A stretch of 31,139 bases of DNA from Candidatus Woesearchaeota archaeon. Lineage in GTDB: Archaea > Nanobdellota > Nanobdellia > Woesearchaeales > UBA583. The stretch spans positions 1 to 31,139 of the forward strand of contig JBFHXM010000001.1 of the NCBI GenBank assembly GCA_041598975.1, written 5' to 3'. The position numbers were made by a program, and so were the translations under genes. Numbering within the stretch: position 1 is the first letter of the stretch; each line of letters begins with the position of its first letter. This document shows positions 1-9,389 of this stretch, piece by piece. The notes beneath the pieces are model-generated. The model saw only the letters and a program-made list of their open reading frames with translations. It searched no databases and was not told the origin of the DNA.

Positions 1-51
1 ATTTTTTTTGAGTCAAAAGATTTTTAATAATGTTGTTACAATTATATATTA

Positions 52-1008
52 ATGACAAATAAATCGGTTCAAGTTTTTAGAAGCAGATATGATAATTTTT
101 TTGGAAAAGGAACTTTTGATAAGTTAATTGAGATTAGAAAAAAAATATCTAAAGATGTTTATATTAGAGTTAATTTGTCTAAAACTAGTGTAAGTGATGT
201 TGAAGATTTTCTGAAGAAGAACAGAGTTAGATTTTCGAGAACATTTATTCCCAATTGCTTGAGAATTGAGAAGAGTTTTTTTAATCTTAGTTCTTCTTTG
301 CCTCATTTGAATTCTGAAATTTATTTTCAAGATTTAGCTTCACAAGTGCCTGTTAATTTGATAGATTTCAATAAGTTAAAAAGCAAGGGCAAGAGAATTA
401 GAATTTTGGATATGGCAGCATCTCCTGGGAGTAAAACAACCCAAGTTTTGGATTTCCTGAATTTTTATGAAATTGATTATGAAGTTGTTGCTCTTGAACC
501 GAATAAAATTAGGTTAAATCGGCTTGTAAATAATATTCAAAAGTTTGGTTTTGAAGGTACCCGAATTTTTAATGTGGATGGAAGAAACTTTTCTAGTGAT
601 GAGAAGTTTGATGTTGTGCTTCTTGATGCTCCTTGCAGCGGGAACTTGATTGATGATAAAAGCTGGCTTGATAAAAGAGATGTTTTGGGTATTGAGAAAC
701 AGGCGAAGTTGCAAAAGGAGTTGCTTAAAAATGCTTCAAGGCTTGTTTGTGATGATGGTGTTTTGATTTATTCCACTTGTTCGCTTGAAGTTGAAGAGAA
801 TGAAAAAAATGTTGATTGGGTAGTTAAAAATTTGAATTTGAAAGTTTCAAAAGTTGATTTTAAATTCCCATTTGAAGTTAGTTCTTTTAGTTTTTTTAAA
901 GATAAAAATTTGGTTGGAAATGATTTGAGAAATAGTGTTCGACTTATGCCTTATGTTTCTAACACACAAGGGTTTTTTGTTTGTGTTTTTGAGAAGAAGC
1001 GATTATAG
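52..1008 (+). CDS. RsmB/NOP2/Sun-family RNA m5C methyltransferase
   Basis: SAM-binding motif DMAASPGSKTT, motif IV DAPCSG and motif VI YSTCS with both catalytic Cys. Confidence 0.93.
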   Translation: MTNKSVQVFRSRYDNFFGKGTFDKLIEIRKKISKDVYIRVNLSKTSVSDVEDFLKKNRVRFSRTFIPNCLRIEKSFFNLSSSLPHLNSEIYFQDLASQVPVNLIDFNKLKSKGKRIRILDMAASPGSKTTQVLDFLNFYEIDYEVVALEPNKIRLNRLVNNIQKFGFEGTRIFNVDGRNFSSDEKFDVVLLDAPCSGNLIDDKSWLDKRDVLGIEKQAKLQKELLKNASRLVCDDGVLIYSTCSLEVEENEKNVDWVVKNLNLKVSKVDFKFPFEVSSFSFFKDKNLVGNDLRNSVRLMPYVSNTQGFFVCVFEKKRL

Positions 1009-1025
1009 ATAGATTATAGACATAA

Positions 1026-2573
1026 TTATGTTCCATATGCTTCTTTGTTGTAAAGATAGTGTATTTCTGTCTCTCTTTTTTCGGGATGAAGTGATGTTAT
1101 TGGATGTACACGTTTTCTTAGGTAATCGAATACTCTATTTAGAGGTTGCCGAGTGAATCCTATTTTCTGATATGGCAGAACATGCTCTGTCCCTTTTGTT
1201 ACATCCTTTATTGAAATTTGTGGCTCGCCTTGCTCTTGAAGTATTTTGTTTATGATTCTGAGTGTTTGTATCATTTCCTGTTCGAGAGTATAACTTCTCT
1301 CTTCCATCTCTTCGTTGATAATTTCTTTTAGGAAGTATCTTGCTGAGGAGTGAATTTTTGAACTTCTATCACTTTCCTGTTCTGGATTGAGTAAGTATAC
1401 TAATGGGTTTTTTGAGAGTGCAACAAGGTTTATTATTTCGTCTCTTGGAACTAATGCGAATTGCGGGTCTTCAAGCATTATTTCGAGTTGTTGTTTTGTT
1501 ATTCCGCATGCTTCCCTGTACTTTTTGTTTTCAGTTATTTTTTTTAGCCACATGTGATTTGCATATTTGGCGATTAGTTCATCAAAGCTTTCATGGACGT
1601 ATAATGCTGTTGCTTTTGAAAGCGTATCTATTAAATCTGTCATGTTTGCTCCAACAATCAGATTTTTATGGTAGAGTCCTCTGTTTTTTATCCTTTTTAA
1701 TGGATCCCATCCTATGAATGCTGCGTTCATGCATGCAATGTCATCAGATACTCCTGGTCCTCTTACATATCTCATAAATTCTTGGAATAGGTTACCTAGT
1801 TTTTGATATTCTAATGCTTGGTCCAGAACATCTTCCCATCTTTCTACATGAGTTAAGTCAATAAGTTTTTTTTCTTGTATTAAGCCTATATTTTTGAATA
1901 CTTGGATTCTTTCTTTTGGAGTTAAGTAATTTAAAATCATTAAATTATAATTTCCCGAAGTTAGTTCAGTTATTCCTATGTTAAGTTTTTCTAGCATTTC
2001 TTTATCTATCAGATGTCTTTCCCCTCCACCAATTTCTATACCAAATCTTTTTTCTGCCTCGGTTCTGATTATTGGGTAATTGTCAAAGTACCCTCCAAAA
2101 AATATTCCTTTTAAAAATGGAAGTGGAATTATGTCTCTGTACATTGGAACCCCAAAAAGTGGCATTCTTTTATGTTTCATTTCAAGAAGAGGATTGCCCT
2201 TTGAGAGTGCTTTGTCTACTAGTCTTCCTATTTGGTTTATGAAATGTTGAGATTCTTCATAAAAGTTTTCCGGATGTTCTGATGCATGTTTAATTACTTC
2301 ATCAAGAGTTGTATTTTTTTTTTTGTTGTCTCTAAATGTGCAGTGTCCTGCTTGTGCATGCCCTACAATTGCTCTTATGAGTAGATTTTCATTTAAGTCT
2401 GTTTCTATGGTTCTTATTTTTACTGGTGAATTAAAATCTCTTTTTATTTCAAATGGTGTTGCTACTTGTTTTTTCCATATTGCTTGATTAAGTGATGTTT
2501 GAAATGGCTTGTTTAGAATTTTTGTTAGAGTTCTTGTTGCTTCTTCTACATCTGAGATTGGTATAACTTTCAT
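1026..2573 (-). CDS. hypothetical protein (515 aa), family not recognised
   Basis: Long ORF with ATG start, co-oriented with the rlmN gene run; no recognisable family motif. Confidence 0.85.
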   Translation of the reverse strand: MKVIPISDVEEATRTLTKILNKPFQTSLNQAIWKKQVATPFEIKRDFNSPVKIRTIETDLNENLLIRAIVGHAQAGHCTFRDNKKKNTTLDEVIKHASEHPENFYEESQHFINQIGRLVDKALSKGNPLLEMKHKRMPLFGVPMYRDIIPLPFLKGIFFGGYFDNYPIIRTEAEKRFGIEIGGGERHLIDKEMLEKLNIGITELTSGNYNLMILNYLTPKERIQVFKNIGLIQEKKLIDLTHVERWEDVLDQALEYQKLGNLFQEFMRYVRGPGVSDDIACMNAAFIGWDPLKRIKNRGLYHKNLIVGANMTDLIDTLSKATALYVHESFDELIAKYANHMWLKKITENKKYREACGITKQQLEIMLEDPQFALVPRDEIINLVALSKNPLVYLLNPEQESDRSSKIHSSARYFLKEIINEEMEERSYTLEQEMIQTLRIINKILQEQGEPQISIKDVTKGTEHVLPYQKIGFTRQPLNRVFDYLRKRVHPITSLHPEKRETEIHYLYNKEAYGT

Positions 2574-2627
2574 AATTAATCCATTTCAAATTAAGTATAT
2601 AAATCTTGCGTGTCTGTTTTTTGGGAA

Positions 2628-3641
2628 TCAGCTTTGTTTCCCACTTAGTTGTCCGCATGCTCCGTCAATGTTGTCGCCCAAACTTTTTCTTATGGAACAT
2701 TCGATATTGTTGTTGTCAAGAATTTGCTTGAATGTTTTGACAGTTTTTTCATCAGGTTTTTCAAAGTCTGCAAATTCATGAGGATTGTAGATAAGCAGAT
2801 TTACATGTGCGAGTTTCTTTTGGAGAAGTTTTGCGAGTTCTTCTGCATGCTCTGGTTTGTCGTTGATGTTTTTGATTAAAACATATTCGAAGCTTACCCT
2901 TTTGTTTGTTTTTTTTGAAAATTCGTCCGTTGCTTTTATCAGTTTTTCTATTGGATATGTTTGATTGATTGGCATTAGTTCGTTTCTTATTTTGTTATTT
3001 GGTGCATGAAGTGAAATTGCAAGTCTTATTTGGATTCCGAGTTTTGCAAATTCTTTTATTCTTGGAATTATTCCGCATGTTGAAATTGTTATGTGCCTGG
3101 CTCCTATGTTGAAGTAGTCTTGGTTGTTTAGTATTTTTATGCTTTCAATTACATTTTCGTAGTTTAGGAAAGGTTCTCCCATTCCCATGTATACTATATT
3201 TGTAATTGTTTCGTTGGTTTTTTGTTTTAGGTATTTTGAGGCATGGGTTGCTTGCTCGATTATTTCTTGTGTTGTCAGGTTCCTTCTGAATTTGTTTGCT
3301 CCTGTTGCACAGAATTTGCAACCCATTGCACAGAAGATTTGCGAGGATACGCAGAGTGTTCTTCTTTTTTCGTGGATTAGCAGAACAGATTCTATGTAGT
3401 TTTTGTCTTCTGTTTCGAAGAGGAATTTTATTGTGTCTGGGTTTTCTTGTGTTTGGATTAGTTTTAGTTGGTTTAGTTTTATGTCAGATTTAAGTTTTTC
3501 TCTTAGGTCTTTTGAGTATGTAGTTATTTCGTCAAAGGATGTTATGAATTGTGTGAAGTATGCTTTTTCAAATTGTGTGTATCTGAATTTGGGGATTTTG
3601 TTTTTTTCAAAATAGGTTTTTACTTTGTTTAGGATTTGCAT
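2628..3641 (-). CDS. rlmN: dual-specificity rRNA/tRNA adenine C2-methyltransferase RlmN (radical SAM)
   Basis: LCVSSQxxCAMGCKFC (CxxxCxxC plus upstream Cys), MGMGEP, ISTCG, LAISLHA, C-terminal GACGQL with the methyl-carrier Cys. Confidence 0.93.
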   Translation of the reverse strand: MQILNKVKTYFEKNKIPKFRYTQFEKAYFTQFITSFDEITTYSKDLREKLKSDIKLNQLKLIQTQENPDTIKFLFETEDKNYIESVLLIHEKRRTLCVSSQIFCAMGCKFCATGANKFRRNLTTQEIIEQATHASKYLKQKTNETITNIVYMGMGEPFLNYENVIESIKILNNQDYFNIGARHITISTCGIIPRIKEFAKLGIQIRLAISLHAPNNKIRNELMPINQTYPIEKLIKATDEFSKKTNKRVSFEYVLIKNINDKPEHAEELAKLLQKKLAHVNLLIYNPHEFADFEKPDEKTVKTFKQILDNNNIECSIRKSLGDNIDGACGQLSGKQS

Positions 3642-3651
3642 TTTTTTAGTT

Positions 3652-4332
3652 TTATTTTTTGTTTTTAGTTTGTTTTCTTGGTTTGTTTATGATTTCTAAT
3701 TTTCCTGTTTGTGTGTCAAATTCAAAAACTTTGAATGTTTGTCCGACATTAATTACTTTTGTTTTGTTTATTATTTCTTCTAGGCCGGAAGTTTCGTGTA
3801 TGTGTCCTACTAATGCAATGTCTGGATGGAAATGTTCAAGAAATTCTTTCACTGCATCGCTTCCACCTATGAATGGGAAGAAGGGACTAGCATCACCAAT
3901 TTTTGTACCTGCGGGTGGCAGATGGCTAAGAAGTATTTTGTTTTTTACATCTTTTATTGCATGAAAGTTTGCAATTAAGTTTTCGAATATTTTTTCTTCT
4001 GGGATTCCATATGGTCCGATGTTAATGTAGTTTGTTCCAAATATTGCAAGGTCGTCATGAAGTAGAATTGGCCTGTTTCCAATTAGGTCTATGTTGTAGT
4101 GTTTTTTTAGTATTTCTATTTTCTTTTTTGTTTCGTGATTTCCTGGAACCATGAATATTCTTTTGTTTTTGAACATTTCAAGAAGGTCTGCAAAGTCGTT
4201 GTTTTTTTCTGAGATGTCTCCGCCTAGAAACACGAAATCTATTTCCTCAAGAGGCGCGTTTTTCTTAATGTATTCCAGGATTTTTTTTTTTGAATGCAGA
4301 TCAGCTGTTGCAAGAAATCTTATTTTAGTCAT
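3652..4332 (-). CDS. calcineurin-like metallophosphoesterase
   Basis: Motifs ADLH, GGD, PGNHE, SHLPP and GHIHE in canonical order. Confidence 0.9.
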   Translation of the reverse strand: MTKIRFLATADLHSKKKILEYIKKNAPLEEIDFVFLGGDISEKNNDFADLLEMFKNKRIFMVPGNHETKKKIEILKKHYNIDLIGNRPILLHDDLAIFGTNYINIGPYGIPEEKIFENLIANFHAIKDVKNKILLSHLPPAGTKIGDASPFFPFIGGSDAVKEFLEHFHPDIALVGHIHETSGLEEIINKTKVINVGQTFKVFEFDTQTGKLEIINKPRKQTKNKK

Positions 4333-4380
4333 CTTGTCAAAATTTTTATTTTATTTATTTTTTGTTTTTGTTTTGTGTTT

Positions 4381-5484
4381 TTAAGTTTCGATTGGGAACC
4401 TGAGTATGCCGCCAATTCCAGTGAGTCCTTTGAATTGAACCCCTTCTGGAGTTTTGTCTGTTACAAGTATTAGTTCGGTTTTGCTGGCTTCTGCGAGTGT
4501 GCTTAGTTCTTCAAGTTGCTCGTCTGATACGATGTCATCGATGATTATAAGTTTTCCAACAGCAGACATTTCGAGTGCTGATTTTGTTCTTTCATATCCG
4601 TATGTTACAAAATTTGTTTTTTTTGCAAGTGTTTCAAAAAATTCCTGAAGATTTCTTTTTTCTGTCATGATTTCGTCTTCTGAAAGCAGGTCTTGGGATT
4701 TTTCTACAAGTTCGTATAATCCTGTTTCGTTTGTGTATGTTATATCTTTTATTCCAAGAACTTTTTGTTTAATTTGTTCGTTCATGTATGATCCGTCTGC
4801 GAAATTGTTTTTTGTTGTTCCGGGTCCTCCGATTATGATTCCTTTTAGCTCTTTCATGTATGTGAATTCTTTGATTAGTACGTCCGCCACTCTTTTGTAG
4901 AATTCTACTGCTGCTCCTGCCCTGATTCTCTCAAACCTTTGGGCTGACTGTCCTCCCGTTTTGAATTTTCCGGGGACGGTTGAAGTCATATTTCTTATCA
5001 CTTTGATTGATGAGCCGATTAAAAGTCCAACAGTTGCTTCACTTTTGTCTATTGCTACAAGACCGTACGTTGTTTCGTTAGCGTCCATTTCTTCGAGTGC
5101 GTCGAGAATGAATCTTTGGTCGCATCGGTAGATTTTCTGGTTTAGTGGGTCAGGAGGTTCTATCCAGAATACTTGCACATTATCTACGTTGTCTTTTTCA
5201 GATACGTTTCCGGAAAATATTGCAAGTCCGTTTTCTGGTGTTTTTTCAAATGTTCTTAGTGTTCTTATCATTCTTTCAAGAGCGTTGATTACGGCTTTGG
5301 AAGTGTTTTTGTCTTTGATGTTTGTTGCAGTTCCCTGTTCGTCTTGAAGTTGGTTTATTGTTTTAGTAATGTCTCCTCCTGGCGGAATATATACTGTAAC
5401 AAATTCTGTGTGTCTGCCACGATATGATTTTAATTGTTTTATCAGTTTTCTAAGTTTTAATCTTTCATTTAAACTTGCTTTCAT
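4381..5484 (-). CDS. prf1: archaeal peptide chain release factor aRF1
   Basis: GTATNIKD (NIKS-like), YRCDQRF (YxCxxxF), GGQSAQRF (GGQ), C-terminal GIGGILRF. Confidence 0.96.
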   Translation of the reverse strand: MKASLNERLKLRKLIKQLKSYRGRHTEFVTVYIPPGGDITKTINQLQDEQGTATNIKDKNTSKAVINALERMIRTLRTFEKTPENGLAIFSGNVSEKDNVDNVQVFWIEPPDPLNQKIYRCDQRFILDALEEMDANETTYGLVAIDKSEATVGLLIGSSIKVIRNMTSTVPGKFKTGGQSAQRFERIRAGAAVEFYKRVADVLIKEFTYMKELKGIIIGGPGTTKNNFADGSYMNEQIKQKVLGIKDITYTNETGLYELVEKSQDLLSEDEIMTEKRNLQEFFETLAKKTNFVTYGYERTKSALEMSAVGKLIIIDDIVSDEQLEELSTLAEASKTELILVTDKTPEGVQFKGLTGIGGILRFPIET

Positions 5485-5506
5485 AGTAATGATTAATTAG
5501 CGGGTA

Positions 5507-5514
5507 TTTATAAA
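5507..5514 (-). promoter_or_regulatory. putative TATA box for aRF1 (near-leaderless transcript)
   Basis: TTTATAAA about 23 nt upstream of the ATG at 5484. Confidence 0.55.
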
Positions 5515-5528
5515 TATATACTTGGGGA

Positions 5529-6044
5529 TTATTTTTTTTCAGGTTTTTTAATATAGTGTCGATAATAACCAGTAATATTTCCTAAAAGAAAACTAATTTC
5601 TGCAATTATTCCCATTGGCGAGAATATTATTGCATTGTATAAAATTAATAATGACGTTCCAACCATCATTTGTTTTCTCATTAATTTATCATTTTTCTGA
5701 AAATTGCCAACAATAAAAATAAACAGGCCGATGTAAATTATAAAGTCATAAATTTCTGTATAGGTGTAGATTAAAGCGAATGTGTTTAGTATTAAAAATA
5801 TTATCAAGTACTTTTTGTTTGTAGTAAACATATAAGTTAAAAACCTTAATACTGAAAAGAATACTATTATTCCGGCAGTGATTTTATTTAATAAAAAATA
5901 ATGGGCACTAATTAGGCTTGCTGAAAAAACTAGTGTCAGGTAAATTTGTTTTCTTTTTTTGAATTGCAGACTTAAAAAATCTAATCCCATTGCTAAAAAC
6001 ATTGCAATTTGTGACAGGATGAATGTTAGTGTCAATTCAATCAT
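5529..6044 (-). CDS. YgjV-family inner-membrane protein
   Basis: Hydrophobic multi-TM protein with SQIAMFLAMGLDFLSLQFKKRK and AHYFLL patterns typical of YgjV; start moved to the ATG at 6044. Confidence 0.7.
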   Translation of the reverse strand: MIELTLTFILSQIAMFLAMGLDFLSLQFKKRKQIYLTLVFSASLISAHYFLLNKITAGIIVFFSVLRFLTYMFTTNKKYLIIFLILNTFALIYTYTEIYDFIIYIGLFIFIVGNFQKNDKLMRKQMMVGTSLLILYNAIIFSPMGIIAEISFLLGNITGYYRHYIKKPEKK

Positions 6045-6103
6045 ATTATTTTCAAGTTTAAAATGTTTATTAAGTTTGTTATTATTGTTTGTATAGCATA
6101 ACA

Positions 6104-6111
6104 TTTAAAAA
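6104..6111 (+). promoter_or_regulatory. putative TATA box
   Basis: TTTAAAAA about 22 nt upstream of the ATG at 6133. Confidence 0.45.
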
Positions 6112-6132
6112 CTTGAAAGAAACTTGTTTATT

Positions 6133-7113
6133 ATGATACTTACAAAGGACAATCTTTTGCGTTATGTTCGTGAGAAAAAAGCAGTCACACCTACGATGGT
6201 TGCTGAGAGTTTTGATACCACGACAATGATTGCGTCTGCTGCTTTGAGCGAGCTTGCAAAAGATAAGTTAATTGCAATTACAAATTTGAAACTTGCTTCT
6301 TCCCCGTATTATTATGATTTGAAACAGAAATCTTATTTGATGGAACTTGGTGAGAAACATTTGTCCAAACATGAAAAGGACATTTTCTTGAAGTTGAAAC
6401 AAAAGGAGATTGTGAGCGATAATTCTTTGACTATTCAAGAGAGGCTTGCAATAGAAAAAATAAAAGATTTCGCAGTTCCGCTTAGTATAAATTTTCAAGG
6501 AAATGACATGCTTTTCTGGGTTTGGTACATGAGAAATGTTGATGAGACGCGGAAGCAGATTCTTGATGCTTTGAACCCTTCTAAAAAAAGCAGTCCGCCT
6601 CCTGCAAGTTCAAACACCATCGAGCCTAAAAAGATTGTAAGAGAGATAAAGGAGGAGCTTTCCGAGGCTTCTGTTTCTTCTTCGGGTTCTGCACAAAGTC
6701 AAAGGACAGTTCCTGACTTTAACAAGCATCAAGTAGGGAGTCAAAACCTGGGTCAGAGTCAACAACAGGTAAGGGTTCAGCAACAAACACCTGCTTTCAA
6801 GCCGCCTTCTGCACAGTCTCAAGAGGATAGTCAAATAGAGTCTTTCATCGAGCATTTTTTCAGGCAGAATTACCTTAAGATTGAGAACAAAAACAAAGAG
6901 GAAAAAGGGATATTGTATGAAACTTCGCTTCAATTAAATAAAATGAAGATTAAGATTGATTGTTTTTATTTTTACAAGAAAACCAATGAATCAGAACTTA
7001 TGAAATTTCATACTTCATCTTTAGCACCAAAGATTGTTTTTGTAGTAAATTGCCCAAAAAAGCTTTTGAAATTAAGTGAAAATATTGAAAATTTAACCAT
7101 TGTTAATATTTGA
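6133..7113 (+). CDS. hypothetical protein: N-terminal winged-helix-like region, Q/S/P-rich linker, C-terminal alpha/beta domain
   Basis: ORF; HTH-like VTPTMVAESFDTTTMIASAALSELAKDKLI; low-complexity central linker; ATG at 6133. Confidence 0.8.
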   Translation: MILTKDNLLRYVREKKAVTPTMVAESFDTTTMIASAALSELAKDKLIAITNLKLASSPYYYDLKQKSYLMELGEKHLSKHEKDIFLKLKQKEIVSDNSLTIQERLAIEKIKDFAVPLSINFQGNDMLFWVWYMRNVDETRKQILDALNPSKKSSPPPASSNTIEPKKIVREIKEELSEASVSSSGSAQSQRTVPDFNKHQVGSQNLGQSQQQVRVQQQTPAFKPPSAQSQEDSQIESFIEHFFRQNYLKIENKNKEEKGILYETSLQLNKMKIKIDCFYFYKKTNESELMKFHTSSLAPKIVFVVNCPKKLLKLSENIENLTIVNI

Positions 7114-7181
7114 TTTCTTTTCTTTTTTGACTGTGTAGGGTTGAAAGAATTTTTTTAAGTGGAAGTTTTGTTTTTATAGTA

Positions 7182-8861
7182 ATGGAGAAAAAAACAGAAG
7201 CAATTTTAAGAGGAATTTTGATTTTTATAGGAGTTTTGTTTTTTGTTTTTGCTTTTTATTTTACTTATGTCCAAGTTTCTGAGATACTGGATATGATTGT
7301 CAATAGTTCTAATCCTATTGAAGTTTTGTTCTCGTCTTTTGAGACTTTTAGTATCTTTTTACCGGCATTGTTTTTGTTTTCTGGGCTTGTTATTTACAAA
7401 GTTGGAAGGCATTGGGATAATTTTTTCAAATATTTGGCTAATTCGTTCATAAGTTTGGGCTTGTTTTTTTTGTTTATGTGTTTTATGATTTTCCCTATGA
7501 ACAATTCTGCTTCTGAGATTGCAGATTCTTTGCAGCCGACAATTGATAGCGTGATTGTGACTGTTGTTGATGATTTGATTGAAAGCCAGCTTGGCGGGGA
7601 GCCTTACAATGGAAATATAGATTTGACATATGGTGAAAGTGATGAAGTAAGGGAATTTTTTGTAAAGGATCTTTCGGTGTCGGATGCAGAATATTTGGCA
7701 GGCGTTTTTAGTGTTGATTTTCAAGGAGAGGAAGCTTTGACTTTTTCTAAGATAATGATTTCACTTATATACGAAGAGATGTTGAAAACCGATTCTCGGG
7801 CTTTGGATATTCCACTTCCTGTGAGCGAATTTGAAAGCATGTTGGAGTCTCAAATGATTGGGTCTGATTTAGGTCTTTTGGATGTTTCTTTGCTTGGAGA
7901 GATTTATCCTATTAATGATGAGGCTTATTTGAAGCTTTTGATTTCAACAAATGTGGTTTCTAAGAGGGTTAATCCTTCTTCTTTGTCTGAGAGCGATGTT
8001 AATCTTATTTGGAACAAACTTCGTTTAGGAGAAGATATTTCTAAAGAGACTAAGAAGAATATTGTTGTTGGTTTTTTGTCCATGGTCAGTTCCGAGATGT
8101 CCAATCAGCCTTATGTACAAGGTATTAGTTTGCCTCTTGCATCTATTTCCAGTTTGCTTCCTATTGAGCTTAGAAACATGGTCCAAAATGGAATTTTTTC
8201 AGAGAATATGTCTAAACGTGTTGAAGCTTTAGGGGTTGTGAGGAGGGATTGCAAGGACGAGAGCATTCTGCGAGGTCCTATTTCTGTTCAGATGTGCGAA
8301 GGGATAGTTATTACAGAGTATGACACATTCATGGCTTTTGCAATTTCTAGTAATGCTTCTGAAGATATGAATATGAGCATGAGCCCTGCTCTTTTGGATT
8401 TTTTTGACAAGATTTCGACTACTGAAAAGATTGAAAAGGAAGTTTATGACATGACTAGTGGTTGGGAAAAGTTTTTTTACATTTATCTGATTTTTATGAT
8501 TGTTGCTTTGGTTTCATATTACCTTCATTTTAAGTTGTTTGACAGAGAGGTTGTTTTACTTCATATTCCATATTATGTTGCCAAGAAAAATCTGTTTTTG
8601 TATTTGCCAACTTTTGTTTTAGCTTTAGGAATTTATTTTGTTTTGGCGAGCGGAATTTTGGTAAGTTTTGTTATTGATTTATTTGGATTGGGTGATGGCT
8701 ATTTTAATTCTGAATTTTTTATGAATCTTGCAATTTATAAGGTTATTATGGACATTAACTGGCAGTTTTTGGTTTTGGCCATAGTTTATCTTGTTTTGAG
8801 TATTGGCGTTTATGCGTTGTTTTATTTTTTGCTAAGCAGAAAGCTGAAAAATTATGGGTAA
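7182..8861 (+). CDS. multi-pass membrane protein with a large acidic soluble domain
   Basis: About 3 hydrophobic segments at each end flanking a ~330-aa D/E/S-rich region. Confidence 0.8.
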   Translation: MEKKTEAILRGILIFIGVLFFVFAFYFTYVQVSEILDMIVNSSNPIEVLFSSFETFSIFLPALFLFSGLVIYKVGRHWDNFFKYLANSFISLGLFFLFMCFMIFPMNNSASEIADSLQPTIDSVIVTVVDDLIESQLGGEPYNGNIDLTYGESDEVREFFVKDLSVSDAEYLAGVFSVDFQGEEALTFSKIMISLIYEEMLKTDSRALDIPLPVSEFESMLESQMIGSDLGLLDVSLLGEIYPINDEAYLKLLISTNVVSKRVNPSSLSESDVNLIWNKLRLGEDISKETKKNIVVGFLSMVSSEMSNQPYVQGISLPLASISSLLPIELRNMVQNGIFSENMSKRVEALGVVRRDCKDESILRGPISVQMCEGIVITEYDTFMAFAISSNASEDMNMSMSPALLDFFDKISTTEKIEKEVYDMTSGWEKFFYIYLIFMIVALVSYYLHFKLFDREVVLLHIPYYVAKKNLFLYLPTFVLALGIYFVLASGILVSFVIDLFGLGDGYFNSEFFMNLAIYKVIMDINWQFLVLAIVYLVLSIGVYALFYFLLSRKLKNYG

Positions 8862-8945
8862 GTTTTTCTTTTTTTTGAAAAAATGTTTTTAATTACTCTT
8901 TGATTAGTATAAATATATTTAACATTTTTTGTTAGTTCTATATAT

Positions 8946-9383
8946 ATGTTAAGTAAAGTTCTTAAAACTCCTATTGATGATTTGATGGATTTTATTAAGG
9001 AAAAGAAAGAAGTTAATATCTTAACTATTCGGCAGAAATTTAATTTTCCTATGGATGTTATTGAAAAATGGCTCGTGATTCTTGAGGAATATAATATTAT
9101 CAAGATTCATTACAGGGGTTTTGAAGGCATAGTAAATTATGTTGAGAAAACCAAAGACAAGGGAAAATTAAGCATTGAAAATTTGAAAGAGGTTTTTATA
9201 CAGAAATCTCGGGGCAAAAATCTTTCTACTGCAGATATGCAGAAAATCTGGCCGATGTTTATATTAAATCATGAAGAGGATATTAAGGTTTTATTTTTTG
9301 AAAGTGCAAAGCAAAGGAGTTTTTCATTGGAGCTTGCAAACAAGGCTTGGACAAAATACAGGGAGGAACTAGTAAATTTTTAG
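8946..9383 (+). CDS. small winged-helix-like protein heading the pilus cluster
   Basis: TPIDDLMDFIKEKKEVNILTIRQKFNFPMDVIEKWLVILEEYNIIKIHY has an HTH-plus-wing pattern; 6 nt from the next gene. Confidence 0.7.
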   Translation: MLSKVLKTPIDDLMDFIKEKKEVNILTIRQKFNFPMDVIEKWLVILEEYNIIKIHYRGFEGIVNYVEKTKDKGKLSIENLKEVFIQKSRGKNLSTADMQKIWPMFILNHEEDIKVLFFESAKQRSFSLELANKAWTKYREELVNF

Positions 9384-9389
9384 AATAAA

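Noticed and set aside
2314-4291. Two A11 tracts on the coding strand (2314-2324 and 4281-4291) as phase-variation sites
   Set aside because: Both are in frame as Lys runs, and such tracts are unremarkable in DNA this AT-rich; read-level length variation would be needed.
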